DNA of 64,000 nt from Octopus sinensis. Lineage: Eukaryota. The stretch spans positions 868,001 to 932,000 of the forward strand of contig NC_043021.1 in the NCBI RefSeq assembly GCF_006345805.1, written 5' to 3'. How positions within the stretch are numbered: position 1 is the first letter of the stretch; each line of letters begins with the position of its first letter. Positions 1 to 14,080 of this stretch are shown here, in pieces. A program made the position numbers and the translations under genes. The notes beneath the pieces were generated by a model, which was not told the DNA's origin, did no database searches, and saw only the letters and a program-made list of their open reading frames with translations.

Positions 1-3000
1 CTTTTACGACTAATCAACAGTGCGTGTGTGTGTGTGTGTGTGTGTTGGTCATGTGACCGTGTGAATAATTTATTGGTGAACGAACTGAAAGGAAATGAGT
101 TCACATCTATGAGTGCCATTTCGATTTGTTTCTAGGTAGAACACCTAATTCTTTAATGGGAATATTGCACGAGATAGACCAGCGTTCTCTCCAGGTACAG
201 ATGTGTCTCTCTCATAACACTACGACACTTGCAAACACAAACTAGCATCTGCCTCTTTCTGTTCTCCACTATCATCGCCCTCCGCCGCGTCGTCGCCATC
301 ATCACCATCATTATCATCATCATTTATCGGCTATAACTTATGAATGATACAAGACAAGATGACAGACTCGCCTCATCCTCATCATCATCAGCAGCAGCAA
401 CAGCAATCATGGTACCAATCTCTATCAAGCTATTGGCAATGAATTTAGAAGCACAGCCACTGTTTCCTCCTCTCCGTGGGTCGGTTTTACGGCGGCGTAT
501 TTTCTATGACCTTAAAAACTCTTTTATAGGAATTCCATTCTAGAATCTTAATTGGTGCCTGGCTGAGCTTCCTGTTATATTAAGAACGGCACACTTACGT
601 AAGTGTGACGATAAGAGTCGGGGTCAATACATGGCCCGATCTGAAGACAACAGAGAACCCCCTCAACAGATGGCGTTTGCTGAACGACCACCCTAGCAAC
701 GATAGGGAGTTGGCAGCAGCACAGATGGGGAATAGTTGTGAACACCGCCTGTATGCTCCCATCTAAGGCTTATCTGTGTGTGAGTGAGAGAGAAAGGGAG
801 AGCAGGATGGATGTAGCTGTCTATTTTCAATCGCTTGGGCCTCTCTCGAAATTTTCGACTTAGCGCCACCTATTGATGCTGATTATAACGACGTCTGCGC
901 GCGCGCACACACACACACACACTACAAAAGAGCAGCAAGGTGAGAAGCATGCAACAAGACACCAACATGTACAACTACAAGATAGACTAAATATTGATCA
1001 GACGTTAATTAGAATGCGATATTATAGAGTTGGTGGTGGTGGCGACGGCGGCGGTGGTGGTGGTGGTTGTAAGAGTTGTATGGTTTACGATGTTGTGCAA
1101 GTAGTGTATGGACTGGTGTGGTTGATGCTATAGTACCAAGATTTCCATACCTCGTTGCAGCGTTGTTCTTCAGCCAAACCGAAAGCACAATTCTTTGAAC
1201 TTTGGAGACTCTTCAAAAATCGATTTTAATTCAATATTTCTCAAAGATATTTGTATCGATCTGTGAGCAGTGATAGATATTTGTATTGATCTGTGAATTC
1301 GGAGTCTAAAGAGAAAGATCGAACGATTTCTAACATAAGGGTGGGAGGGGCGTGGGGTGAAGGTTGAGTTTGCCGCAATACTTGCTTACTGTTTAATCTC
1401 CCCACCCTGAAAGGTTAAGTGTATTTGACTCCAGCGAAATTCGAACTCTGAATGCAATTAGACACCCTCGCAGACCACTGATTTCCCCAGACTCCCTTCT
1501 TCCCAAATCTATGGCCTTATTCCTTGTTTATTTTTATCTTTTATATATTATCTTCATCCAGTTTTTTTCTCTGTAAATTTCCATTTAACAATCTTCTATC
1601 AATCTGTCTGTCTGTCTAAACTATTAATGGTATGGCTACGGCTGGACCGTCTTTGATTCTTTCTGCAGTATAACAACATGAGTTAATTATGTACAAACTA
1701 TTTAGAAAATTTGTTCTCCGTCCTTTAGAACCATTAGGTCGAAGTTTGAGTCTATGAGATGTTTAGATGACTCAGAGTACAAAACCAATTCCTGAACAAA
1801 GACCCCAGTGTATTACAGGGTTGACCGCTGATCTTCATTTTCATATGTGTGAAATTGAGTAAAATTAACGGAAGCATTTTGCTCAGACGCAGTCCAAGAA
1901 CGAACTGCCAAACTAACAATCGCGTGCCCAATGGCCTAATTACTCGGCTACTGACCTTCACAAAATTGTCGAAAAGTTTTTGCTATTTACACTATTCCAG
2001 ACTGAATTTAGAGAATGGCGAGTCCGAAGACCTTTTGAACAGGGAATTCCATCTGTGTCATAATGTTAAAGAACCCTCGGAACTCTTTCAGTGTCTGAAA
2101 AGACTGATAGGTGGAAGGGACACAGTTACCTTTAAACCGGTGACTTAAGCCAAGATACTTCCAACAGAGTGAACCCCGCTAAGGCCAGGTGATGATGTTC
2201 CACTGGGTAACAACAGTGTGGGCCTTACTAAAGATACCAAAGGACCAGTTGGTGGGGTTCGAAGTACGGCTTCATTTTGTCAACCAGCACAGTCTCCCTC
2301 TCCCCCTCCTTCCCTCTCTCTGACCGCAAAATGTTCTCTTTTTCATCAACTGACCACCACAACAGTAAAAATTCTTAATTACTGGACAACTGGCCATTGC
2401 AACAGTTCCATCGTCCCTTTTTTGTATATGTGACCAAGTAAACCTTGGTCATGTATACGTTTGCACGCGCGCGCGAGCGCACACACATTTTACTTCTCAG
2501 TCTCTCTCTCTCTCTCTTCTCTCCCTCCACCACCGCTGCCACCCCCACCCCCTGTGACCTAAACACTTATCACATTTCCTACCTGGGATCGATCTCAGAA
2601 CAGTTATATTCGAGCCGTGCAACATATCAGATTACACGGAATAAGGGAATTGAAATCGTGGAATCTTTATCGGAAGTGAATATTGATGAAGTAGAGGGGG
2701 TGGGGAGTGGGTAATTGATCAGTGATGGGGAGGGGGAGTGATGAGGGGTGGTGGTGAGATTTTACACAATCATATTTTTTCTTCTTCATCGTCAACTTTT
2801 CCTTCTTTCTCTCCTTCCTCTTCTTTTCAACCTCTCATTATCCTCACTGTTGTTGTTGCTGCTGCTGCTGCTACTACTACTACTTCTGAGCAATTATCAG
2901 TTGATGAATCACTCTCTGCCCCACCCCCACCATCACCTTTGCGCTACTGCAAGGTTATTGTTGCTATAGTAACAGGATAATTAACAAACAGCAACAAACT

Positions 3001-3092
3001 CCACTGCCACTCCACCCCCACTCGTTCCCTGCCCACACAGATTTTATCCCAGACACCAACCTGAAAGTAAAGTCACACATTCTGCCCACGTT

Positions 3093-3193
<101 letters not shown>

Positions 3194-3849
3194 TGGTTAT
3201 CTTCTCTTTCTGACCTCAAACCACACTCGGAGTGTGCAACGTTATTTTGATCGTCTCTTCCATGTTTAATAATCATTTATACAAGTAATATATTGGGTAG
3301 ATGAGTACATATATTCTAGTAATTGCTAATGGATCACTTTATCAACGCTGGATATTTCACCATGGAGTGTCATGGTATGACTCTCTTAGACCTATTCAAA
3401 CTGTCTACGGTTGTAAAATGAAATCCCAAATTGAAGAAGTGATATGAATTGGCTCAACCGTGGTCCGAATTTCTCTCACATTCTTGATGTTCACCAGTTT
3501 AGAAAAAAAACTCAATACACCGACACAAGTACACATATATAGATGTGTGTGTGTGTGTATAACTCAACGTTACATATACATTCATACTCTACACATACAA
3601 CACACATATATAAATGCATATACATATGTTTTCATTCATGTGTTTTATACAAATGTTACGCGTGCAAAAAAGAAACACGCAAACACACACATCCCAATAC
3701 CTGGCCTTTAACCCCTTTAGAATTGTGTTTTTAAGGCGGTGAGCTGGCAGAATCGTTAGCACGTCGGGGATTAAATAAATACCAGTTACGCACTGGGGTC
3801 GATGCAATCGACTTAATCCCTTCCCCAAATTTGAGGCCTTATAGAAAGA

Positions 3850-3897
<48 letters not shown>

Positions 3898-3900
<3 letters not shown>

Positions 3901-4433
3901 TGAGAGAGTAGTGCACGCCATCAAAGTGACACTGGGGTAAAATATACGAAGCCCAGTATACAAATCATGACTATCCGTCTGATAAGGGTACACCAGGCAC
4001 ATGCATCACAACCATATGTGCGTGACATGGTGATCTCATATCAAGATAAACAGCACATGATCTCGCAGGTGGGGCCCAGTTAGAGTTTTCTTCTGGTCGA
4101 GTAGCCCATCCCGCTCAAAAGGTCCCTGAATAAGGCTTGTTTAAGGATGTTGAAAGAACCACCCATGTTTCCAGAGGTGAATTATTCAAACCCCAAAGAA
4201 TCCCTCCCTACACATGGCTATGATGCTCCCCCACTACTTCTGCTCGTGATCAGAGATGCACATATCGTCAGCCACGAATGGACATGCTCAGTTGGATAAG
4301 CTCAAACGACTGACAAGTAAATCTGTGGTATTGAGCAGAATATTTGCTGTAGCCCATCTTTTATACCAAGACAAAACAATGTACATGATAACACTTCCAA
4401 TCAGTTAAGATCAGAAACCATGAGAGCCACTGG
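3898..4433. mobile_element. ~530-bp interspersed element, copy 1, both ends in (TTA)n
   Basis: Near-identical reverse complement at 13496-14028 with the same end points. Confidence 0.85.
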
Positions 4434-4439
4434 TTATTA

Positions 4440-4515
<76 letters not shown>

Positions 4516-5358
4516 GCAAGTAACAGATCCCCTCGTACATACTCTGGATGTCAAACCCCTTCGAATTGATGCTCTATGTGTGTATGGGTCTTATACTCTT
4601 CTGTATTACGGTGTTAGTTTGTATAACAAGCGCGAGAGAGCCTATTGGCCAAATATTATGGATAACATCGTAAACGTTTGTGAGTAAGTCACCGACATCG
4701 CAGCATACACTAAACAATTATCAACACCAAAAACGACAACAACAGCAAAGCAATGTTTTAGTATTTCCCGCTGCGTCATCGTCTAAAACAAAACCACGAC
4801 AGAATTCAGTGTCTTTTAAAGCAGGAAATGTCTGTTCAGAAGCTGGCAGAGGAGATGTGAAATTTCTCTTCCTCCCTCCTTTTACGGAACTCCTTTTCTC
4901 CATCTTGACTCTGTGACGATTAAATCATAATAAATCAATAATTGATATTAATGATGAATGAATAATTTGCAAGAAGTGGGCTAGGTCTGTTAAGATGGTT
5001 CTCACCTTTCACTCGATTTGTTATTCCAATGACCCAGTAATTAGTCCAGTGTAAAGCTGCAACGAAAGACGTCGTAGTTCACCAGTTGCCACATAACATA
5101 TGCCACTCACTGATGTGGGTTGTGAATATTAAGAGGACATCACTGACCCATGGTAAAGAAATGATCGCAGATATGTTTGTTTGGTCAGGGATTAAATAAG
5201 TGTCTGGTCAAGGTCCATGGCACTGCGGTCTTTACATGACACAGAACTGCTTGTCATCAGTTTAGTCGCATAAATATAGTAGACAGTCAGAAACTTTGGG
5301 TGTGTAAACATACATGTATATACAGACATATGTGTGAGTTAATATATGTACCTTGAGG

Positions 5359-5572
5359 AGGCGGTGAGCTGGCAGAAACGTTAGCACGCCGGGCGAAATG
5401 CTTTGCGGTATTTCGTCTGCCGCTACGTTCTGAGTTCAAATTCTGCCTAGATCGACTTTGCCTTTCATCCTTTTGGGGTCAATAAATCAAGTACCAGTTG
5501 TGTACTGGGACGATCTAATCAATTGTCCCCCTCCCCCAACATTTCGAGCCTTATGCCTAGAGTAGAAAAGAA
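5359..5572 (+). mobile_element. SINE family A (tRNA-like head ggtgagctggcagaa, tttgcctttcatcc core)
   Basis: Further full or partial copies at about 3733-3850, 13241-13315, 17108-17220, 17660-17800, 24736-24940, 31199-31379, 60594-60790, 63566-63840 (+) and 35450-35635, 35880-36070, 39490-39735 (-). Confidence 0.85.
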
Positions 5573-5607
5573 TATATGTACCTTTATATACGTATGAATG
5601 TGTGTCG

Positions 5608-5669
<62 letters not shown>

Positions 5670-6444
5670 ACGTATGTATTTATATATAATTTACCTATTT
5701 TAAACAAACACGAATCAAGAGAAATAACTCAAATTGGCCGGTGGCAAGTAATATAAGCAACACAGACAAATACAAGTATATCAAATACACTACAACATAA
5801 ATTTTTTATTTATTAAAATTATCTCCGCCTCAAAAGGATGTCTTTTAATTAGCAAATGGCAATTTAAACCAAGGCAGATAGTCTCAGTTAACATAGCATT
5901 AAGGAAAAGAACAGTCTTCTTTCTGACTGAGTAGGCGCCATTAGTACGAGACACTGTCCTGTTATTTCTCAATCAATCACCGATGACAAATTCTGATTCT
6001 CATCAATATGTATCGATAACCAATGCCATTGCTTCATCTACTCCCATATTTACATTTACTCACGTGACACTTGCACGTGGTACACACAGAGTACAAATTT
6101 CGTACTTAGTAGATACACACATTATACACGCGGTACATCTTAAAGTACACTCGTGGTACACACACTTAGTACTTACTTGGTACCTACAATTCACACACGC
6201 GCTGTGTAGAAGGTAGATGAAGGATGATAGCCACTAATTCACTGATTCTCCGTCGCTGTGTTTCCTTAAGTGTGTATGAAAACATAAAATATTGGGCAGA
6301 AAAACAGATTAATTATCAAATCTCAAATTTTAATTGCATAGAAAATACGTGTGTGTGTGTGTGTGTAATATTAGATAGTAACCAGAGTCATATACATATA
6401 TACAGACATACACTAATAAACACACACACACATATATGTATATT

Positions 6445-6482
<38 letters not shown>

Positions 6483-6869
6483 CACACACACTCAAGTAAA
6501 CAACTTAATGAAACATCTCAAGTATATAAAGATCATCTAATTGCATATGTTCATCAATTAACACTTATTAACTTCTTCAATGTATGTATGTATTTATCTA
6601 TCTATCTATTTATATATACACATATACATGTGTATATATATGTGTATGTGTGTGGGGGGAATGATTTCTATTCTGAGTGTTTATAACTACATATTGCGCG
6701 CGTACGCATTCTGAATGGTCGTAATTTTGTAAATGCAAAGCTTAACGCAGGTGTGTTGCAGGTACAAACGTCTAAGCGCAGCTCACATGCACATCTGTTC
6801 GTGTGTGTGTGTGTGTATGAAAACGTGATATTGCATTAATATTACACCATCATTTCCATCTTCACTTCC

Positions 6870-6954
6870 TTACAATTATATACATATACCTTCAGATATA
6901 TATGTATATATATACATATATGCATACATACAGACACATATATACATATACATA

Positions 6955-7013
<59 letters not shown>

Positions 7014-7370
7014 TATATATATAATATATATATATATATACATATATACATACATATATATATATATATATACATGCATACATATATACATACATATATG
7101 TATATATATATATATATATGCATACATATATATATATGCATACACATATATATGCATACACACACACACATATATATATACATTTATATATATATATATA
7201 TATATACACATATATATATATATATATTATATATATATAATATATATATATATATAATATATATATATATAATATATATATATAATATATATATTATATA
7301 TATATATATACATATATATATGCATGCATATACATGTGTACATACGTACACACACATATACACATATATT
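6870..7370. repeat. Compound (TA)n/(CA)n microsatellite
   Basis: Direct reading; source of the IY-rich pseudo-ORFs. Confidence 0.97.
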
Positions 7371-8114
7371 TTCATTCTATACATTAATATTACACCCTGT
7401 ACGTCTCCCCACCATCCCCATTGCTCTATAATTAGGTCAACAGATCACATGACACGCACAATCTCTCTATTTCAAACTGATTATCCAGCTTCTAATTCCT
7501 CTTCCTCCCACCTCTACTTCACTATATCTTAACTCCATCTCCCCCCTCTCTCTCCCATGCTTCTCTAAATCAATTCTGATCTAAGAGGAACCAAGACATT
7601 CCATCCGTGATTATCCAGACTCTCTCCTAATCACTGTTGTATTCACGGGTACTTTATTCAACGTAGCTTCTTTTTAGCAATGATAGGATGTGATTTGGAT
7701 GAGATTTGGCTGCTATGCCTAGCAAATCGTGTAAGCACAAATGAGATGAACCCCAATATATTACAGCTGTTTACTTATTAACCCTGCTTGGGTTACAGAT
7801 TGCAATCTGACTTTATACACTGGTGTCGCCCTGTACCGTCTGAACTTGTCACCCCAGGCAAACAAGGATTTCTAAATCTCAACAACACACAAAGATTAAC
7901 TTGATCTCCGTACATGACTGGTACTTAAATACTGACCCCGGTGAAGTAAGAAGTTATGTTGGCTCTGGCATCATTTGATCTCAGAATGTCGAGATAACGA
8001 AATACTGCCACAACTCCCCTCTTTCTTTCTCCCTTTCTTAATTGTAATAAATACTGACAATATTAATCCAACTCATCATGAAACCAATTAATGTGTGTCT
8101 ATTGTCTTTTGTAG

Positions 8115-8308
8115 GTTCCTAAACTACAGTCCTGATGTGAAGTTTACCAAAATCCGGACCGTGATATATGAAGCTTTCCGCGTCTGGAGTCAGGTGACCC
8201 ACCTCACTTTTACCGAGATTATGTTTGGATCAGCCAAGAAGGATGCCGACATCCGGATTATGTTTGCCCAAAAGTTCCATCATGATGGATATCCATTCGA
8301 TGGACCAG
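8115..8308 (+). CDS. MMP exon, catalytic domain N-part
   Basis: tttgtag|g acceptor; [32 protein letters not shown]...[10 protein letters not shown]; donor gttagt. Confidence 0.93.
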
Positions 8309-8903
8309 GTTAGTTTCTCTTACCATAGTGGCCTGCTAGCAATAACAGTCAAACTACCATCGCAATTTGGAAGGAGACACGAGGTAATAATGTAGGTCTA
8401 GAAATACTGAATAAAAGACAGGGTGGTTACGGTTGGAATGGCGCTGGGTGGATTAATCTGACCTAGGGTTAAACAACAATAACCATTACACCAACATCCT
8501 TTTGTAATCGTTCCATCGTCCCTCTTACCATGACCACCACTATAACAACGATCCGATAAGGGAGCCTGTGTGTGGCAGCTCAACTTGCTAGAAATAAGTA
8601 TCGAATCTCTTCCAAATTACATTTTACAGTCTTTAAAAAAATATTAGTGAGGGTCATATTGGACAATGTAGTCCTATATGTACTACATCTGAAATAAGAC
8701 GTGTTTGTCATGGTTGGAACGGTTGTCTATAAGTCTGGTAGATCAAAGCTAACCTGTGGCTAAACAACAACATCACTTTTATGTAGAAATATTGAGGGTG
8801 AGTTACGACTGTAATTGACCTCAGTATATAACTGGTACTGGACCCAAGAAGGATAAAAGGAAGGCGTCTAGAATTGAACTTTTAAATTTACAACATAAAA
8901 AAA

Positions 8904-8940
<37 letters not shown>

Positions 8941-10210
8941 ACGTGCGTGTAGCTGTGTGTGAATGTATGTTTGAGTGTATGAGAGTGTATGTATGCATAA
9001 ATGAAATGTTTGTGTGTTTGCATAAGCGTGTCTTTGCATGTATCTGTACGAATGCATATGTATGTGTGCTTGTGTGTATGTATTCGTGCATGTATGCACG
9101 TGTTTGTGTGTAATGTTGCCATCCCCGAATGATCTCTGACTCTCTTTTTTTTTTCCAGGCAATATTCTGGCTCACGCATTCTTCCCGGGTGAAAACAAAG
9201 GAGGAGACGCACATTTTGATGATGACGAGAATTGGACAGTCGATTCTGATGAAGGTAAGTGCCACTATCCGGCTGTACCTGTGTCGGGTACATCTTTACC
9301 TGAGTACATGTCACCAATAAGCAGTAATAGATACTGAGTTCTTGAATTTATATGAAACCACAAGCTTGAAAGAAACGCAATCAAACTCTCCACCCGAGAG
9401 CATGACTGGTACAACGACAATAATCGGATATGCACGCATTTACTGCCCATCTCCACCCTTACTCGGAAATGAACTTGTATGGGTAGCCATACTGTTCACC
9501 ACGGACAGATAGCAGACGGATTTCACTCGCCGCAGCTACCTACTACTACTACTACTACTACTACATAACTGCATTGAGTCCGTCCGTCCTACAGTGTGGC
9601 AACAGCAGGACGGGCCCATAATCTTTTCATGCTCTCCTAAATTGAAAGATGACTGTGATTTAGACTGATGAGTGAGGTTAATGTTTAACTACCAGTGTTC
9701 GGTTTAAAGATTAATGAAGGCTGATTGGAGGGGAGAGGTAGAATCATGGAGAAGTACGAGGTGGGGGGAAGTGAGACACGGTAGGTGGAGAGGGTTTAGA
9801 TATTTAAATGAAAAAGGATCAGACACTGTTGTAGTGACGTAAAACGTTGGAGAAGCTACAGCGAGACACCGATCAGGTGACTGGAATAGGGAAGTATCTA
9901 GAGTGACCTCCCTTGTTTTTATTTCCCACAAAAATTTTTATTCAGATAAAGATGAAAATATTTTGTTCAGGAGAATAGGATCCCCCGCCTCACCGTAGTA
10001 TGACTGTTAGGTACATGATGTAGTTACAAGCATACGAACAGATAAACATGTAAATAGAGTTACGCAGACATCTGATTCACAAGCAGAGAAAGAACAAAAA
10101 CGTGTATGAGTGTGTCGCGTGGCTAAGAATTTGCGTATTCGGTTGAAGATCGGAAGAAGTATGACAGTAGTTATATGGCCGAAGCAAATAAAAGATACGT
10201 ATAAAACATG

Positions 10211-10241
<31 letters not shown>

Positions 10242-11094
10242 GGTGTGTGTGTGTGTGTGTAACGTCAGAAAAGATTGACGTCCGGTGTGTGTTCTTTATC
10301 TGTTTACTCTATCGGTAAACACGAGTTTCTCTTCGTTTTTTGTTCCGTTTTTTCATTTCAAGTATTTTAACGAACTCTTCTCCATTCTGTTAACAATATT
10401 TTAACTTTTAAACCACAGCATCCGTTATATCTTCTTCCTCTTTCTCCCTCTCCTCTCCCTTCTTTCAAGTTCTAGTTTCTTGTTGTGTATAGAAGCGATG
10501 AGACACCCCCCCCCAGTCCGTCATGCTTGATCGCCCTTGAAACAGATGGTCAAGCGTGTCCAATGAATAAAGATTTTGGACTGAAATTCCTTTGAATTAA
10601 TTCAAGGAAATGCTTGAATGGCTTGCAACTCTTAATCTGATATTTCTCTCAACTTTTGGAAAAGAAACGTATTTCTGTGTCTTGCTTTCAAAACACAAAT
10701 CAGGTTTTTTGCTTTAATTTTGCATAATTAATTAATTAGTTTCTAAATTTTGAATAATTTTGAAGTGAGATTATACAAGGGAGACAACTTGCTCTTCTCC
10801 CATTTCTACGCAAGCACAATAGCAGACATACACACACACACACACACACAGAGCGCTTCTGTTGGATTCTAACCCATTATGTCTTTCCTTTATTTGCAGG
10901 AGTGAACCTGTTTATGGTAGCAGCTCATGAGTTTGGTCATGCTTTGGGTTTGTCCCACAGCAAGACCCCAGGATCACTGATGTATCCATGGTATGCCGGA
11001 AAACAGTCAAAATATTATACCCTCCCAAAAGATGATGTTGAGGGCATCCAGAAACTTTATGGTGAGACAGCTTTTCCTTTCTTTTTATATTTAA

Positions 11095-11135
<41 letters not shown>

Positions 11136-13424
11136 ATGGCAGTAACTATGGCTATGTGGTTAAGCAGTTTGCTTCCTCTCAATGTGGTTCTGTGTTCAAT
11201 TCCCTTGTCTTCTGCATGGAATTCCTCACAGCTGCAGGTTGACCAATACTTTTAAAAGAAGAATTTGGTAGAATGTTTAATTGCAACCCAAGACTGGTCC
11301 TAGGGTTCCTGGAATTCTGTAAAAGACATTTTAACTGAGCTGAATGTCAGTAAAGTTAGGACTAACAGCTTAAACACACACACACACACACATTGTCACA
11401 TACATATGCATATCCAAGCACACACTCACACATAATGACATTCACAGGTACATACATAAAAAAGTCACTTACATACACACACACTTTCATGTCTTGTTGT
11501 TAATTACATGTCAATTATTAATTGCAGGTGTTAAAAACAGTAATAACACACCTGTGATAGTTTTAGTCCCTAATCATGAAGGATCTAAAGATGATAAAGA
11601 GGAGAAAAATGAAGAAGAAGAAGATGATAATAAAGACGAAGGCTTCGTTGATGATTGCACCCACAAATTCGACGCTATTACCAGAATTAGAGGTGATGTT
11701 TACATCTTCAAAGGAAAGGTGAGTCTGAAACACCTGCTGGGGCCTCTGAAATTGGGAAATTTTTACAGGTTTTTAATAAAATTCTCTAAAAAGTAAATAA
11801 GTGCAATGTTGAGAATTGAACCAACGATCTGTCTGTTTAGATGAATACAGTACAACTCCATAATATAATGTTTAAAATAAAATAAAAAAGAATTATGTAA
11901 ACATCTCTGTTAGATTTAGTGCTAGCATTTGAAGGGGGGGGGCACAGCTACCAATGTCATTGTGACACCAACAACCACTATCCTCCTCCCTCTACTACAG
12001 CTACCATCCACCACCACCACCACCACCATTTCCCTCTAAGCTACCACCTCCAACATCTCTCTTGAATCTACTTACCTTTTTCCACCAGAAATATTCTTAA
12101 AATCGGTTTGTTTTTGTTTTTGACCAGTATTTCTGGCGTTGGGAGTCTGGAGGCATGAAAGACAGTTCTCCAATACTAATAACACAGTTTTGGTACAACT
12201 ACCCGGAAGATAGTGTTGATGCTGTCTTTGAACGGAAGAAAGGTTCCAAAATTATGTTCTTCAAAGGTGAGGCAAATTAACAAGTTTTTAAAATTCCCAA
12301 TGAAATGTATTTTTCTGCTTCTTTTTCTTTAGAATTGAGTAAATTCCTTCTCAATTACCTGAAAATTTTTCTTATCAATGATTGTTTTTTATTACAGGTA
12401 ACAAGTACTGGTTGTATGATGCCAATCATATGGAGAAAGCTTGGCCCATTGAAGGCCGACCCTTGACAGAGCTTGGTCTGCCAGCAGACCTAAAGAAGAT
12501 CGATGCAGCTTTCACCTGGAGCTACAACAAACGTACTTACCTGGTCAGTGACGATATGTACTGGAAGTTTGACGAGAACGAAAATTATGTTGTCTATGAC
12601 TACCCACGAGATATGAAAATTTGGCAAGGAGTCCCAACACCACTTGATGCAGCTTTCCAGTTTAATGATGGTAAGTTAAGAACTCTTTTATGACTTCTAC
12701 AAGAAGTGCTTCTAGGAGGCCATGTGGCTCCTCTATTTTGGCTGCATGGCATCGCTAGAGCTAGTGCCACAAAAAAGGGAGGTCGCTAGATCAGTTTGTA
12801 AAGTGGAAAGGCATCCAGCCATAGAAACTGTGCCAAAGCAGTCTTTGGACCCAAGACTCCTTCCAGGCTTCCAAAGACTCTCGGAGAAGAAATGGCCAAC
12901 ATTTTTCTCAGATCTGGCTTAACAGACTGCAAAAGAGTGGATTCTGTTAAAGATACTCAAGGACCCCAGGTAGTTACACCTGAAGTCTGTCTCCCAACAC
13001 TTCAGGAGCATGAAGTGGAAATGAATCCTCCTGGATTGAACTTGCAACTCCCTCTTAAAACTGGTGAAATCTACTCCACACAGCTGTGAATACAGACTGG
13101 ACTGCATGATTAACAAATTTAATTAAATTTATTACCTCCTACACTAGTGTGGGTGGGTAAGTGGGTCTGTTGAAGATAGAAACCATTGTTAATAACGAGA
13201 ATATTATTATTATTATTATTATTATTATTGTTATTGTTATAGGTGGTGAGCTGGCAGAATCGTTATCATGCCAGACAAAATGCTGCTAAGCATTTTGTCT
13301 GTTTTATGTTCTGAGGAATCAACACTGTCATCATCATCATCATCATCATCCTTATTATGATGATGATGATGTTGATAATAATAATACAAATATTCTGCTC
13401 AATACCACTGATTTGCTTGTCAGC

Positions 13425-13462
<38 letters not shown>

Positions 13463-14049
13463 TAATAATAATAATGATAATAATAATGATAATAACCAGT
13501 GGCTCTCATGGCTTCTGATCTTTACTGATTGGAAGTGTTATCATGTACATTGTTTTGTCTTGGTATAAAAGAGGGGCTACAGCAAATATTCTGCTCAATA
13601 CCACAGATTTATTTGTCAGTCGTTTGACCGTAACCAGTTGAGCATGTCCCTTAGTGGCTGACGATATGTGCATCTTTGATCACGAGCAGAAGTAGTTAGG
13701 GAGCATCATAGCCATGTGTTGAGAGGGATTCTTTGGGGTTTGGATATCTCACCTTTGGAAACATGGGTGTTTCATTCAACATCCTTAATCCTTATTCAGG
13801 GACCTTTTGAGTGAGATGGGCTACTCAACCAGAAGGAAATTCTAACTGGGCCCCACCTGCAATGTCATGCGCTGTTTATCTTGATATGAGATCACTATGT
13901 CGCGCACATATGGTTGTCATGCATGTGCCTGGTGTACCCTTATCAGACGGGTAGTCACGATGGGTATACTGGACTTCGTATATTTTACCCCAGTGTCACT
14001 TTGATGGCATGCAATGCTCTTTCACTCAATAATAATAATAATAATAATA

Positions 14050-14080
<31 letters not shown>

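Noticed and set aside
340-3000. ORFs as candidate MMP signal or pro-peptide exons (e.g. Leu-rich 2748-2969)
   Set aside because: Leu run comes from triplet repeats; no PRCG switch, furin site or compatible splice phase found.
6876-7532. Long IY/YI, HT, CV and RE-rich ORFs here and at about 3073, 8821-9265, 15057-15943, 25673-26320, 27164-27467
   Set aside because: Translations of dinucleotide microsatellites.
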